From Marsupella aquatica (Eukaryota > Plantae > Marchantiophyta), in contig OZ316894.1 of assembly GCA_973895155.1 (NCBI GenBank), positions 8,766,234 through 8,830,233 of the forward strand: a stretch of 64,000 bases of DNA, given 5' to 3'. Under the pieces are notes generated by a model that did no database searches, had not been told where the DNA came from, and saw only the letters and a list, made by a program, of their open reading frames with translations. The translations under genes were made by a program, and so were the position numbers. Shown here one piece after another: positions 35,640-49,171 of the stretch. Within the stretch, counting starts at the first letter, position 1, and every line of letters begins with the position of its first letter.

Positions 35640-38600
35640 ATGGAGAATTGGGAATTGGAAGGGCATGATGAAGCAGACGAGAGAACAAGTCACGGAGAAG
35701 AATCTGTGGATCATAGCTTTCGGCAGTCCTTCTACACCAGTGGTACGGACTGGAGTTCTCTTTATGAAGTGGATGATTACGGTGTGCCGTTGAACTTCAC
35801 CTATGCGGAGGAAGAAGAAGGAGCACGCCATGGAGACAATGTGGAAGGTAAGCCTTCAGGCAAGACTATAGGGCTGTCGTTTGCCAGGCTTTTTGAAGGA
35901 TTGAAGCCTGGGAGACTAATGTCGTGTAATTCTGCTTCAGGATTCCGCAAGACTTATGATTCTACGCCTGCTCATCGTGAAAATGTGGATCCTCAGTGTG
36001 CTCCCAGCTCGTCTAATAGACAGGGAACGATAAATATTGTCAAGCCAGCCGTGAACAAGTCAGTCGTGAAGTTTGTTCAGAGTGATCTCTCTAATTTTTT
36101 GGGTATTAAACCCAAGGCAGTTCTAGAAAAGAATACGAATGGGAAGAGATATCGCCAACAGGACGTTGGGGTTCTGCTTGGAATCTCTCCATCGCTGAAA
36201 ACTAGTTCCCCAGATGCGGCAGAGTTTTTGACCAAATTTAATCGGGTTGGTAATCCTGGCGACAAAAGCGAGCCCTGGAAGAACAAAAGCGGGAGGGGCA
36301 AATTTGGGGTCAACGGAGACGGAGAGGCTCAAGCTCCACGGAAATGTCCGTTCTACAAGAAAATACCTGGTATTAATCTTGCTCCATGGAGTTGTCTTTC
36401 TGCAGAGTTCGTCTTAAGGTGGAAAATCTAAAGGCAGCAGCGGTCAAGGTCGTAATATTAAGCCAATCGGGGACTTTTCCTTTGATTTTAATTAGCATGA
36501 ATGAAGTGCACTCTTGTTATATTCCATTTTCCAGCATATAAATCAATGTGTATTTTGAAGGACTTTCTATATCAATAATTTTGCGTAGGCTTGAACGCTT
36601 ATTTGCTCTCCGAACTGCCAATTAATGTTAGAGCTCGAATACAATATTTCTCGAACTTGTTTGAACTTGCTCAAATGCGAAATTACTTTCCATGCACTGC
36701 CTGAATATGCCATGGTTTGAATCAGAGTTTTTTTTCTGATTTTCACGAGGACTTACTGCAAATTAGTGTGCAGGTTCCTTGAGTGATTTTACGACTGCAA
36801 CTTTTCGTCGTTTGAATATAGGATTTAAGGTTTTTTCAAAATGTCGTCAGTTGGTCGACTTGTATTGGATCTCTGTGATACCAGATACTTACTTGCAAGT
36901 GCTGGTCCTTCTCTCTAGCCCGCAAGCATTTTTGGCACTTTAGGGTCGGAGGATTTGCATGATACAGCTAAAATAAGCTTTGCTCCTACAGATACAGCTT
37001 TTACAGTGGATGCCTTTTGTTACGGAGCAGTGGAAGGCTGCAGTGCTTACTTCCTGACACATTTCCATTCTGATCACTATGGTGGTTTAACCAAACGGTG
37101 GTGCCATGGTCCTATCTACTGCACCCCCATCACCGCTCGCCTTGTGGTCATGTGCCTTGGTGTTGATCCTCGGTAAGAGATAAGAGAGACTTTCATTAAT
37201 GTGCCAGTCCCACCATACCCATTTGACGAGGAAAAGCTCATTTGGTTGTTCAATGTTGTATTTCAGATGGATCATTCTTCTACAGCTTGGGGTCACTCAC
37301 ATGATACAGGGCGTGCAAGTGAGAGCGTTGGAAGCTAATCACTGCCCTGGCGCAGCCCTCATCCTCTTCCGTTTTAATTCTGGACACCAAATTCTTCACA
37401 CGGGGGACTTTCGAGCTTGCAAGGACATGCAAAATTATCCTGAACTCTTGAGTGGAAACATTAGTACTCTGTACTTGGACACAACCTACTGCAATGAGAG
37501 ATACAGGTTATTATTACTTTCTCATGTACCTGCTCGTGTGCCTGCCAAATTGGTATGTCATTTTCATTCCACGTTGGAGTTTTATGGAGATTGCTAATGT
37601 GTCTTCAGATAATGTGTTTTGATGGCAAGTATATTTGTAACCAATTTTATGATTTCCAATCAAGAAATCAATGCCTCTCTTGAACTTTTCATAATATTGC
37701 AGGTTCCCTTTGCAGAAAGAAGTTATACAATTTGTGATTAGGCAGACATCGAATGCTCTTGCCAAGAATGCCAAGACTTTGGTGGTCGTGGGTTCATATA
37801 GTATTGGAAAGGAGCGTGTGTATGTCAACATGGCTGAAGCTCTCGGGGTGAGTTTCCTTTTCAGCATAACTATCTTCTCATATGGAAGACCTAGAAATGA
37901 TCTAGTGAAGAGCTGGAGCTTGTCTGCTCGTGGATATACAATTTCCATTTGGTCGAAGCTGATCTAATCTTGGTCTGAAATACAGGTATCAATTTTTGCT
38001 GATAGTCACCGAAGGCGAATCTTGAAAGCTCTTGAGTGGCCAGTTCTAACGACGAGGCTGTCAACAGATCCTGCAAGCACGTTTTTGCATGTCTTGCCTC
38101 TTTCAAATCTGAATCCTCAGGTTGGATACCAATATATTCTTTCTAGAGTTGTTTGTACGATGCTGGGAACTGCGAAATGGAACTTTTCTTCGTGCTGTTT
38201 TGGATTGGTTTGATTTTGGTTTTTTGGTAGAGGATTGCGGAGCCTTTGTAAAGCCAGGGGTGTCAATGCTTGATAAGTCTCCACTGGGGCTAGTGGAAAT
38301 GCCAAGCCTTCATTTCGCAATCCAGCTAGCTTATTCAGTTAGTGTTAATGCAGAAATTGAAGGCCTACTTGCAGAGTCATCACCCCAAGTACAGTGCCGT
38401 TTTGGCTTTCAGGCCGACAGGTAGTAATTTATCAGCAATATCTTCCCTACTACTCATGGGTCTTTGTCGATGGAAGTTCATGACCACTGTTGTCTACCCA
38501 ATTTTTGTATTTACCTTGTTGCGTTGTTGTCCACCTGGATCATAGGTTGGACGTATTCCGAAAAACTTGGTGCAAAATTAGAGTTTTTAAAACCGCAATG

Positions 38601-39071
38601 CAATGGATCCGTCACCATCTACGGTTAGTATGATTCCGCAGAGAGAGTTTTGGTGCAGGGACTTGGTTTTCAGACCAAGATCTGAAATAGTGGAGACGCA
38701 AGTAGATTGTATGTGAGCGAAACAGTTGTTTCTGAGATTCGTGGTAGTTGCCATTTTATGGGGAAGTATTTCCAGGGCAACCTAGTTGACATGTTCTTTC
38801 CTTTGTCGATCTTTCAGGTGTTCCTTACAGTGAACATTCGAGTTTTACTGAACTTCAAGAATTTGTGCAGGTCCGTCCTACGGTACTTTGCCCCTTCTCG
38901 TCATTTGCTTCAAATTTTGTGCCCATTACTTATATTGTGCTTTTCATTTTGATTGGGCAGTTCTTGCGGCCACACAAGATCATACCAACTGTGAACAATG
39001 GAAAGGAAGAACAAAGAGAGCGAATGAAAATAACGTTCAGTAAATGGCTTGGTAGTAAGCCTCACTGTTGA
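35640..39071 (+). CDS. SNM1: DNA cross-link repair nuclease SNM1/PSO2 (metallo-beta-lactamase + beta-CASP), 9 exons
   Basis: Exons 35640-36369, 36992-37172, 37267-37506, 37703-37847, 37986-38120, 38354-38420, 38546-38623, 38818-38870, 38961-39071; [67 protein letters not shown]. Confidence 0.95.
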
Positions 39072-41201
39072 TTCTAAGCTAGGAAGAGCTATTGTACAAA
39101 GGCATCCTTGGTCATTATGCTGTATTGAATTGAAATGAAGTATCTCACTTGGATGAGCACAGCAGTGATTTCCTTGCATTCTCCGAGAGTATTCACAAAA
39201 GTCCTCTCAGTAGTTCTCATAAAATCTGTCCCGTGGCATTTTATCCATTTGCAACGCACATAGAGAACGGTTTCATCATTTGCTTTACTGGCGGGGATGC
39301 TCCTAACAAGCGGAACTTTAGCAGAAAAGGGATCCCACTAGGAAAGAGACAGGGTATAGCCAAGCCGTAGGGAATCAGCAGGAACTACGACATATCAGAT
39401 TCTTACTCTTAGCTCTCTCGACGGAGTGTAGGTATGCATGGAATTGTCTGTATCTGAGAAGTAATCTCACCCGTTCCGCAAGGATCTGAAGACATGTCAA
39501 CCTGCCTGGAACGAAAACATTACCTTCCTGATCGTGCTTGAACCGATTAAGAAGAAAAGCCCAACAACAGTAATCAAGACTGGCTGCAATTCACTTTATA
39601 ACATTGAAGTTTGATGGTTTCAAATAGTCTACCAATATTGGGAAGAGTCGCTGCAGGTTCATCTGAGAAAACTGATACATACCGCTGTTATTTTTGTTGT
39701 AAGTCATGCTATTCATGTGAGCTATCTAACAAGGCTCCATGATGAAGTAATTCGCAGTGACATATCACGTTTCAAGACGATTAACAGGCTAGGATAGACC
39801 AAATCCACAGCTATGAGTATGATTCTGTGAAGCATTGCACACTGATCAGGTGATTCAATCTTTCTTACCCTGCAAGGCTGACAAAAAGTAATCAAGAAAA
39901 TGCATGTGCGAAGTGTCAGTCCTTCCTTGACCACGTCCTTCGTAACGTGCAATGATGACTACTTCATCCGCTCTCGACTGCCGGCACAATAATGTAGACA
40001 ATTGTGCCATTTTCCTCGCTCGTGTGCCCTCGGATGTCGAAAATATTATCATGTCAAATGAATAATTTTCTATACACCCTTTCACCTACAGAATTAAGGC
40101 AGAATTATGTAACTTCAGTTGACATTGTCTGCAAATAACTGGACACATTCAATTGACCTCACTCGATTTTTCCTGGCTTAGAATGGTGACAAAATAATTT
40201 AACTTTCAATGCAATACAGTAACTCCCGTGGTTAGTACCCGGCCGTGGACCTCAAAACACTAAACTACACAGCCCAAACTCCACAGCTCTGATTCTGGCT
40301 TACAAACTCTTAAAAAAAAAGCTACATGAATTACCTATATCTCACAAAATTGCTACTCACCTTTCACTGATGAGTCAGATTGAAGACCATATGGTAGTGA
40401 TCTTTTCTAGGGTATTGTGTCTGGCCAGATAGCTACAATTTGTGACTTGCATACAAGAGACAAGGCACAAAGTCATGCAAAAGTTTATATGTAATAGTAA
40501 CACCTGGGTGAAGTGCTTACTTGTAAGTACTTGAGTCTGAGGGTCAGGAGCCCAAGGTCGAGAAGCTTATGTTGTTGCTACACATATATTCATTGAAGAG
40601 TTTATGTAGAGTAAATACACCTGGGGATGTGCTTGCTTGTGTAAGTATTTGAGATTGAGGGCAAGGAGCTGACAAAACACTAACTAAGCCAAAGATTCTA
40701 AGAGTTTTGTTTTAAACAAACCATTGGATTTCTGTCCCAAGGTTGAAAAAAGGTTACCCCCAGCCCATTTGATCTCAAGTGGTGTGGCCTGATCCTTTAC
40801 CTCCTCTGCCGTGGATGTGCCTCTCAGTCATTTTCCCTTAACCAGGTACCTTTTGCACTTTCCAACCTGGACAGTGTCGCACAAAAGATGTTTGATGTGA
40901 TACAATGCTATGAAGCAATACAAAAACAAATACCAGCAATGTTTACCAAATGGTGGTCAATGAAGGAGATGACAGAAGTTTCAATTCTATCCATAATAGA
41001 CTTCAAAGGAGTACTGATGTCATAATCTATGCTAAATAGTACACACTAGCTTGGATGTTAGAGCTTTGCTCATAAACACATGGTGAGTACCAGGTGCCTG
41101 TTTCCAGTTCCACCCCAACTGTACCTGTGCCCTCAGAGTCACGGTCTAGAGGATTCACTCTAGACCAATGGCCCTTATCTTTGCTTTTGATTGCGCTTAT
41201 T

Positions 41202-44200
41202 TTAGGGGGATTTCCTATGAACCGTTATCCATTGAATGTCAAGGTTACTATCTATCTTATTTATAGGTCCAATTAATATCATTGGGTCTGTAGGAGTAGA
41301 AGGAGCAGACCATGAGGTTGCCCTCCTACGTTCAAATATTTGACAAGGACCCTGTGAGGGAGTTGACGGGGCAGAATTGGATTTCCTTAACTTGAACTTC
41401 TTTAGCCTAGTTGCCAAGCTTGCTGGTTCATAAGAGGTGGGTTGAGATTCAAATTCATCTACACTAGGGATAGAAAGGGTTGAGCTCTCATCTGTGGAAA
41501 CAGCCTCATCTTCCGGAATGACTCGTAGTGGAGTAAGCTTCAAGAATGGAAGTGGGCTCTCTTTTGTTTGACTTAGTAAGTCTACACTACCATTGTTATC
41601 CATTGTTGGAAGTGTTGAATCTGAGGAGGAAGACACTTCAATTTGATCTGGGAATTCTTCATTGAGAGCTTCATTATCTTCACCCCCTTCTTGGAGTTGT
41701 GCCATTTGTTGCTTGACAGTTGCTGGTGTAATATAAAATGACAAAGAGTCTGTAGGAATTGCCTGCCTTTTTGGTGTACTAGGGAATCCACTAGCTTTGG
41801 ATTGGACATTTGGAGGTGAAGGTAATTGGAGAGAGGGGATTTCAAATGGATGCGTTGGTGGGTTTTGGAATTTGTCCTCTTCCTCCTCAGCTAATGAGAA
41901 ACTACAATCCATCAAAGATCTGCCTTGTCCATCAAGACCTTGTTGCGCAGAGTCAAGGTCACTTGACCGTTTGTCCAGCCTTTCCAGTTGTTGCTTTATT
42001 TGAAGTGGTGTAATGTAAAATGACAATGAGTTTTTGGGCAATGCTTGTCCTGTAGATCTTTGATTTCCCAATCCATGTTTAGGTTCAATTGGGTTGCTCT
42101 TTTTCACTATTGACAGTGATGGTGATTGTGATGTAGCAGGTAACGCTACACTATTTTGAAGTGCACCTAGCTTGTGTGTCATTCCCATATCCTTGTGCTT
42201 AATCTCATTAATCTCCACAATGTTGTTAGAGGGAGATTCAATGGATAGCTCATCAGCCCTTAATGTCGGTGCTAGAGTTGGCTTACGTGCTGATATAGAC
42301 TCGCCCACTATCTCCTCCTTTGCATGTGATGACATTAATGGTTGGGTCTCTTCCATGTTCTTTGTGTATCCAACAAATGGCCAATCTGTGCCTCCACCAT
42401 CTTGATCAGGATCATCCTCTATGATGAATTGAGTTGAGAGGGGTCTGCTAATATCTATACTTATTGATGGTTTTTCTTTTGCTTCTGACTCTGCCATTTT
42501 CTGCTTTATTTGCAAAGGAGTGACATAAAATGACAAAGAGTCTGCAGGCATGGTTGCCTTTCCTCTCACTTTTGAACTCCATCTAGGCATGCCTAATGCT
42601 CCCAAGGAGTTAAGATCATGTTGAGATCCTATGCTTACATCCTTTGTTAGTGTTGGATTGGAAGCTACTTTATCTCCAAACACCTTATTATCTTCTTTGA
42701 TGTGCTTACTTGACATCTGTAGATAATCACATAAGTCCTTTGCTCCTTCTTCATTTAACAAAGGTATGTCTGTATGATCTTCATCAAAATCATCCTCTAG
42801 AATAGATTGACTTGAAATGGGTTTATTGGTGGGACCTACACTTATGGGCATGAGTCCTCCCTCTGCTGTCGCTTCCATCTTTTGCTTTATTTGGGAGGGT
42901 GTAATATAGAAAGACAAAGAATCTGTTGGCATGGCTACCTTTTGCTTTCCCCTTGAGCTCCACCTTGGTATGCCCAATGGTCCAATGGCCATTTTAGATG
43001 TGGATGACTGAATCTCTTCCACCATTCCTTTTTGTTTGCTAATAGAAGAATTAATATCTGCTTGATCTTCATCAACCTCTACAATGGATTCTATTGAGTT
43101 AGGTACACCATCACTCTCTACTCCACTAATTGATGTTTGTCCTGATGCGACTAATTGCTCCATTTTTTGCTTCACGTGCAAGGGTGTAATATATAAAGAC
43201 AGAGAGTCTGTCGGCAGTGTTGCCTTTGCTTTTCCTTTTGAGCTCCATTTAGGGCCCAATGCTCCAGTGGAGTGGAGATCATTTTGAGATCCTACACTCA
43301 CATCTTTGGATGTTGTTGTTTTTATTGTTGCTATGGGGGGTGCTTGATTTTCAAGCTGTTTTTCTTCTTTAGGATAGTTACCTGTAGTAGGGTTATTCTT
43401 TGTTCCAACTTTCATCTTTCTTGTTGACAAAGAAGCCTTGGAAATGTTGGAAGTTTGATTGTGCAAGGCCTGTGAAGTTGATGTGTACTTTTCATTCATT
43501 TCTGGGTAAGTAACTACTTGTGATGTGGTATTAAATGAAAGCTCTTTGCTACAGGAATCCATGCCTTCATGTTCAGAGTCTGTTCCTTGTCCCAATGTAG
43601 ACTCATTAATGGATGGCAAATGTGATGGATATTTATCAGTAGATGGCCTTACTAGCTCCAGTTCCTTGAACATACCTTGATCAAGCATATGTGTCATGGG
43701 GTTTTGTGGAAGCCGAGCATCTTCAGATGGCCCAACTGTCCACTGTGGTGTTTGCAATGCTTGTTCACTTGCATTGGATTGTTGTGACAGAGTTCCAATC
43801 AAAACTTTTTCAGAGGGAATCCAAGATGTAAATACAGGCTTTAAACATGCTGGACAGTTAGGTGGCATCCCCATTAATTGCTCATTGTTCCTTGCTATCC
43901 CAGCAAACCCGCAATTGCATCGAATTTCTCTCCAACTAGACAGTTCAAGAGAATTTTGTTCTGTAATGGGTTTCAATGCTGAATTGAAATTTGTTTCAAT
44001 TCTACTTTCAAGATGTTCACAATTTTGGTCTTGGTTAGCTTGAATTTGAGTGTGCTGATGCTCCTTTGAAGAATGGTCAGATTTAGATGTGCTAAGAGCT
44101 TGTCCAAACAATTTTTGCTGCATCTGCATGTTTTGGATTCTAGCTACATTTTCCTTGCATGTAGGACAGTAAACATTGAGAGAGGACCCAAAGGAGGAGC

Positions 44201-45668
44201 ATTGTAGTTTCATTTCAAGGCACTGCAAGTGACTACCATGATTACAATCCCATGGGAAGTGAGCCTCCATAGTTGACATGCCTTCATAGCAAATAATGCA
44301 AGCAATAAGTTTTTGAGTTTGGTAAAGATGCCTATGTGCCAGGTGGAAAGGCCTTACAAGGTTCAAAGAGCACATACCCGTAATTGTATTTGATATTTTT
44401 CTATGTTGTTGCAAGTTTTGATCATTGATGAAGAGACAATTGTTTTCAAGTTTTTGGCTTTCTTGAACAGAAGCAAGTGGAAATAAGTACTTGAGTTCGT
44501 CATCTATTTTTCTTAAATGAGTGTATATAAGTTCTAGAGGGATATTCACAGAGACATTAGAGTCTTGGACCCAAACTTTCAGTCCCCTATGTGATAAACT
44601 CCTTATTCTTGCAAGGAGCCAAATATGTTTATTTGTCCGTACAATCACCAATTCTCCAGTGTAATATTTTGACAAAGGCACTCGTCGTCTAGGAGGAGGT
44701 AGAATATAAAATTGCTGTGGCCTTCCGGAAATGTCATCAACAAGTGCACTTGTATAGTTGAAATTGCCTTTGATGTCTTTTTCATTTGGCCTTGAGGCAG
44801 TCATAATAGCAGAGTGTTGTGAAGAGTTTTGAACTCTCCTATTTCTATTTTCCACTGTTTCCTGTAGATGGGAATTGTATGATCCCTCTCCAGTTTGAAA
44901 GGGTTGTATTTGGCCAATAGATGTAAAGTTGCTTGGGTTAACTTCTTTTGTGGTAATAGCACATTGGGAGTTTGACTTTGCCCTCATATCAAAAGCTTTT
45001 CCTTGGTCAGACAACAAAAACTTTCCCTCGCCATCTTCTGAATGTCCATGGGTGGTCACAATACCATCTGCATTCCAACTACTGCTTGGATGAAATCTTG
45101 TAGATGGTGAAGATTTGGACTGCATTTCCTGACTGTCATGAAATGCATGTTTTATTTGGGACCCTGAGCCATTTTCTAGGGATTCATCTTTTTGCCACCA
45201 ACGGGGCCCGGGTTGTGGTATTGTCTCAGGAGTGCTTTCATCTGTTGAGCTTCGTGTACCCGTGCTAGAGCTATTAAAGCTTGATGTGGATGTTGAGGAC
45301 ACTGGCATCTGCACTTCAAGTTTTGGTCTCCATTTGGGAGAGCTTGATGCCCATTTTAATGCTCTTTCGGGCACCTGCAACTGGGAACTTGGTTGTTGCT
45401 CGGAAGTGCTCTCATGCATTTGGAATTGGAGTCTTGGAGCCGATTTGGGAGGGCTTGATGCTCTTCCTTCCCTTAATTTTTGGCTTTCATTCGTCACATA
45501 TGGTTTCAAGTTTGATGACCCTGACCCTACTTGGGCATTGTTGGCTAGGTATTCACTAGACAATTTTCTTCGTCTATTAATGACATCCATCATCCTTTTG
45601 TTGTTTAAGTCTTCCATGTTGTAAATGCAAAGAGTAAAAACCTCAAGAAACCAAATAGCTTGATGCAT
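41202..45668 (-). CDS. Large single-exon hypothetical protein (1488 aa): Tudor/SH3-like segment, RING-H2 finger, zinc ribbon, five PTDSLSFYITP repeats
   Basis: 4.47-kb uninterrupted ORF; CIIC...CNHGSHLQC...CPTC; CNC...CPAC; alternative start MEDLNNK at 45617. Confidence 0.75.
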   Translation of the reverse strand: MHQAIWFLEVFTLCIYNMEDLNNKRMMDVINRRRKLSSEYLANNAQVGSGSSNLKPYVTNESQKLREGRASSPPKSAPRLQFQMHESTSEQQPSSQLQVPERALKWASSSPKWRPKLEVQMPVSSTSTSSFNSSSTGTRSSTDESTPETIPQPGPRWWQKDESLENGSGSQIKHAFHDSQEMQSKSSPSTRFHPSSSWNADGIVTTHGHSEDGEGKFLLSDQGKAFDMRAKSNSQCAITTKEVNPSNFTSIGQIQPFQTGEGSYNSHLQETVENRNRRVQNSSQHSAIMTASRPNEKDIKGNFNYTSALVDDISGRPQQFYILPPPRRRVPLSKYYTGELVIVRTNKHIWLLARIRSLSHRGLKVWVQDSNVSVNIPLELIYTHLRKIDDELKYLFPLASVQESQKLENNCLFINDQNLQQHRKISNTITGMCSLNLVRPFHLAHRHLYQTQKLIACIICYEGMSTMEAHFPWDCNHGSHLQCLEMKLQCSSFGSSLNVYCPTCKENVARIQNMQMQQKLFGQALSTSKSDHSSKEHQHTQIQANQDQNCEHLESRIETNFNSALKPITEQNSLELSSWREIRCNCGFAGIARNNEQLMGMPPNCPACLKPVFTSWIPSEKVLIGTLSQQSNASEQALQTPQWTVGPSEDARLPQNPMTHMLDQGMFKELELVRPSTDKYPSHLPSINESTLGQGTDSEHEGMDSCSKELSFNTTSQVVTYPEMNEKYTSTSQALHNQTSNISKASLSTRKMKVGTKNNPTTGNYPKEEKQLENQAPPIATIKTTTSKDVSVGSQNDLHSTGALGPKWSSKGKAKATLPTDSLSLYITPLHVKQKMEQLVASGQTSISGVESDGVPNSIESIVEVDEDQADINSSISKQKGMVEEIQSSTSKMAIGPLGIPRWSSRGKQKVAMPTDSLSFYITPSQIKQKMEATAEGGLMPISVGPTNKPISSQSILEDDFDEDHTDIPLLNEEGAKDLCDYLQMSSKHIKEDNKVFGDKVASNPTLTKDVSIGSQHDLNSLGALGMPRWSSKVRGKATMPADSLSFYVTPLQIKQKMAESEAKEKPSISIDISRPLSTQFIIEDDPDQDGGGTDWPFVGYTKNMEETQPLMSSHAKEEIVGESISARKPTLAPTLRADELSIESPSNNIVEINEIKHKDMGMTHKLGALQNSVALPATSQSPSLSIVKKSNPIEPKHGLGNQRSTGQALPKNSLSFYITPLQIKQQLERLDKRSSDLDSAQQGLDGQGRSLMDCSFSLAEEEEDKFQNPPTHPFEIPSLQLPSPPNVQSKASGFPSTPKRQAIPTDSLSFYITPATVKQQMAQLQEGGEDNEALNEEFPDQIEVSSSSDSTLPTMDNNGSVDLLSQTKESPLPFLKLTPLRVIPEDEAVSTDESSTLSIPSVDEFESQPTSYEPASLATRLKKFKLRKSNSAPSTPSQGPCQIFERRRATSWSAPSTPTDPMILIGPINKIDSNLDIQWITVHRKSP

Positions 45669-48600
45669 TGTTATTCCATCAATTCCAGTCTTTCTAATAT
45701 GATCATGAACACTTGTGGTTCAACCAAATCAAAGGTTATAGATGCCGTATAAGCCTTCTTGTTCTTTGTCATCCTGACATTGAACAATGAAGAATCTTGA
45801 TTCTTGCAAGAGTTTATCTGTACAACACTAGGCCAACTTGAAGTGTTGGTTGATAAGCCACCATGAAAGAAGTCCATTATGATTGACAATGTCATCTTCA
45901 GAACAATGTTGAACTCGATAAAGCCAACAAGCAAAAGCACAATCATATCGTATCAATAATGGACAATTGGCAAATGAATCAGGTCATATATGTAGCAGCG
46001 TCCTTCACATAGTGACAGCACATAATCAATATGCAGAACTCTTCAAAAAGAAAGTGACTGACTTAGATATCATCAAGAAAGAGACGTGATGCATAAACCT
46101 GCATCTCGTAATGTGATTATCAACGAATTCTGATAGTAGACGACGTTAGTTCTTTTTTGGTTTGTTCTTGGCATTCAATTTTTTTTCACGGAGGAAGTAA
46201 CCAATACTACGACAACCTTTGAATACTTTAGAACTAATAATTTGCAAATCAAAGCTAGGGTAACACTCTAGCCCTGAACCTAGCTAGTGAAGTCTCTAAA
46301 TCCACTGCAACTCTTCTTATGACAAAGAATCATTTGACAATCCTCTTCTATTTGTGTCCAAAGGACAAATAATCGGGCAAGCCAAAATTAAGGAAAAAGA
46401 TTATCTTCCGGCTAATCAATGCTGATTAGTCTGTGCAATTAGGAGGACAGTGCCAGTGCCCGCCCGTTGCCTGACCTAGAATTACTGTAAATAGTAGGCA
46501 CAAGGCCATCTGGTTGTGAACTGCCCCCAAGCTTTAGTGGGGCAGGGCAGGTCTCAGGCTTGAATCCTCCTGGTGACAGTTGTCTCTTAACACCCATCCC
46601 AATGCACCCTAAATTTAAGGGAATTCTTTCACCCCAAACACTTCAAAAAGAAAATGGAGATAGCCGGAGGCGACAAAGGGCAGCATATAGAAGGCTCAAG
46701 CACCTGTGTATGGGAGCCCATTAATGGATTGCTTTTTGTGCTGAATTAGCCAAATCTCGACATTAACCTTCGCAGGCCAGGGGCAAAGAGCATGCAATCA
46801 TGTGAAGGAGGACATGGGGAGCCACATACCTCACAACATCTGTAAAGTAAAAGGAAGGGTTGCGCCTTTTTTTAAGTGGTTGTCCTTCAAATTTGGCGAG
46901 GCTTTTTGAGTGAAAGAAAAGGGAACTGGAAAAAGAGAAAGAAACATGAAGAAAACAATTATGTTTGGTGTGAACAGGTGTCTCCAAGCAAGAAAAAGAC
47001 AAAGTTTGCCCCCTTTACCCTCCATGCTACACCATGCTCCTCCCTCTACCTTCCATGCTATGCTAATCATGCATACAAAGCGCTCTTCCCTCTACCATCC
47101 ATGCCATACTATGCTCCATGCCATATCATCCATGCATAGGAAGTGCTACATCATCATGAGAGTAGTTTAATTGCAAATATTATATAATCAATAAAATAGT
47201 GCACAATCTTCAATGAGACATTGACAAGAAAAGAAGAAAAATAGTGAAAAAGAAGGAAAAATAAGGGGAAGGGGGGATGGGCCGCCAAGGGTATTCAGGT
47301 TTAAAAAGAAAAATTGACAAAACCAATAAAAAAACAATTCTCATTTTGGTGTACTTTGGTGGTGGTTGTAGCCTCTCTTTGCGTCATGACATGTTTCACT
47401 TGACATTTTTTTTAACGCAATGAGATCTTTCTAAGAGATATATTTTTTGCATCATGATATTTTTTCAGCTACATCTTTAGCACAATGTCATCTATTATGC
47501 ATTGAGGTCTTTTGCAAAATGATATCTTTTAGTAACTACATCTTTTGTGTAATGACATGTCTTTTAATGATATATTTTGAGCAACCACATATTTTACTTA
47601 ACAACATCTTAAATGCAAGTACATATTTACACAACATCTTTTTGTGCATAGCATGGAGAGAGCATGGAGATTGAGTTAGTACTCTATAATAAGTACTAAC
47701 TTACTTAAGAATGCTCTTTGTAAGAGATGACACACCAATGTTGGTTTTTAGGGTTTCCTTTTGCTCACTTCTTTTGTGTTTATTTTGTGTTTGGTTTTGT
47801 CCACTTGGGACCTCTCTTGTTTATTCTTTTTAACTCTATTTGGCCCTTTTGTGTAAAAAGTATGTGTTTTCTTCCAAATGTAGGAGTTACAAAGAATAAT
47901 GATATCCATAAGTCTGGCAAGCTTTCACATTTGGTGGTATAATTGGTCTCGATGTCAACGACGATCTCAACGGTTCCTACTATTTGGGCTCTCCTACTGT
48001 TCCTTGATTGGCCAAGAGTAAGGCAACTGGAATTTATCCTACTAGCTAGCTTGACTGTCCGAGCTTTACTCAGGCCCCAGGGTTGCTTCTCCAACTGTGG
48101 CCTCACTGCCTAATGCCACAGTCTAGAAGCTTCACTCTAGGCCAGGTAGATTTGGGATCACTTGATAAAGCTTGAATGTCCTTTGATATACTGAATTTGG
48201 TCGTCCTCCATGTTTTGGACCATTCCACAAACACTTGGGTAGTTGAAGTGGAAAGGTTTGGATTTTATCCTGTTCGAATTGGAATCATTTCACAAACGCT
48301 TGAATGTCCCTTGACGGGCACAACGTTAGACTGAACCTGAGTTGATCATATTTGCCCATTCTAACAGGCTCCCGTTTCAGAAACAGCTTTAATCAGAGGA
48401 CATTTTAAACATGCCGTTTCTGCATCCAAGCAATGCGCGCAGGTGCATTCGGTTCTGATGCATTCTGATATTGTAGATAATTATTATTTTTCTTGGAAGA
48501 TGAAGCACCCGTTGCAACCTGCCGTTGACATCAGAGGTCCAAGAAATGTGGCTTTCACATTCCTGCAACTCGCACTCTACCTAGCTGCGTGCATGACATT

Positions 48601-49171
48601 CAACAAGTGCAGCTGAATTCGGACATTGAGATAAATTGAGTTTTTTCCTTTCGACGATGAAGCAAGCTCTCGAGCAAACTACCATTTATATCCGTAGCTC
48701 GCTGTGGGGGCACATCGATCCAATAGGAACATCATCCGCAGTCCTGCAACTCACACTCAGCCTTGCTCCGTACATGGCTTTCAATAAGTGCAGCTGTGAT
48801 GGTGTACACAAATTGTGTTGGGACGATGAAGCAAACTGCCATTTATATCCTTAGCTTCAAGAAATGAGGCCGGGGACAACATCATTTACAATCTGCCTGT
48901 GTACATTAATTTGGTTGTGTCATTATGGTCGATCCTTCTCTCAGAGAATTCATGCCACAGATGAGCACTTTCACGAACAGAACTGTGTCATGAGCGGCCG
49001 GGAGAAAACCAATGCGTGCAGCACTCGGTGATGGCACGTCTAAGAGACGGCAGCAGCAGCAGCAGTTGTTTCACGTGCTATCCACTACCTTTCACATAGC
49101 TAGGGATCCATCTTTGCTGTTCCCTGGGCCACCGCTTCACGAGGACCGTGTCTTCCCAACAATGACTTCAA

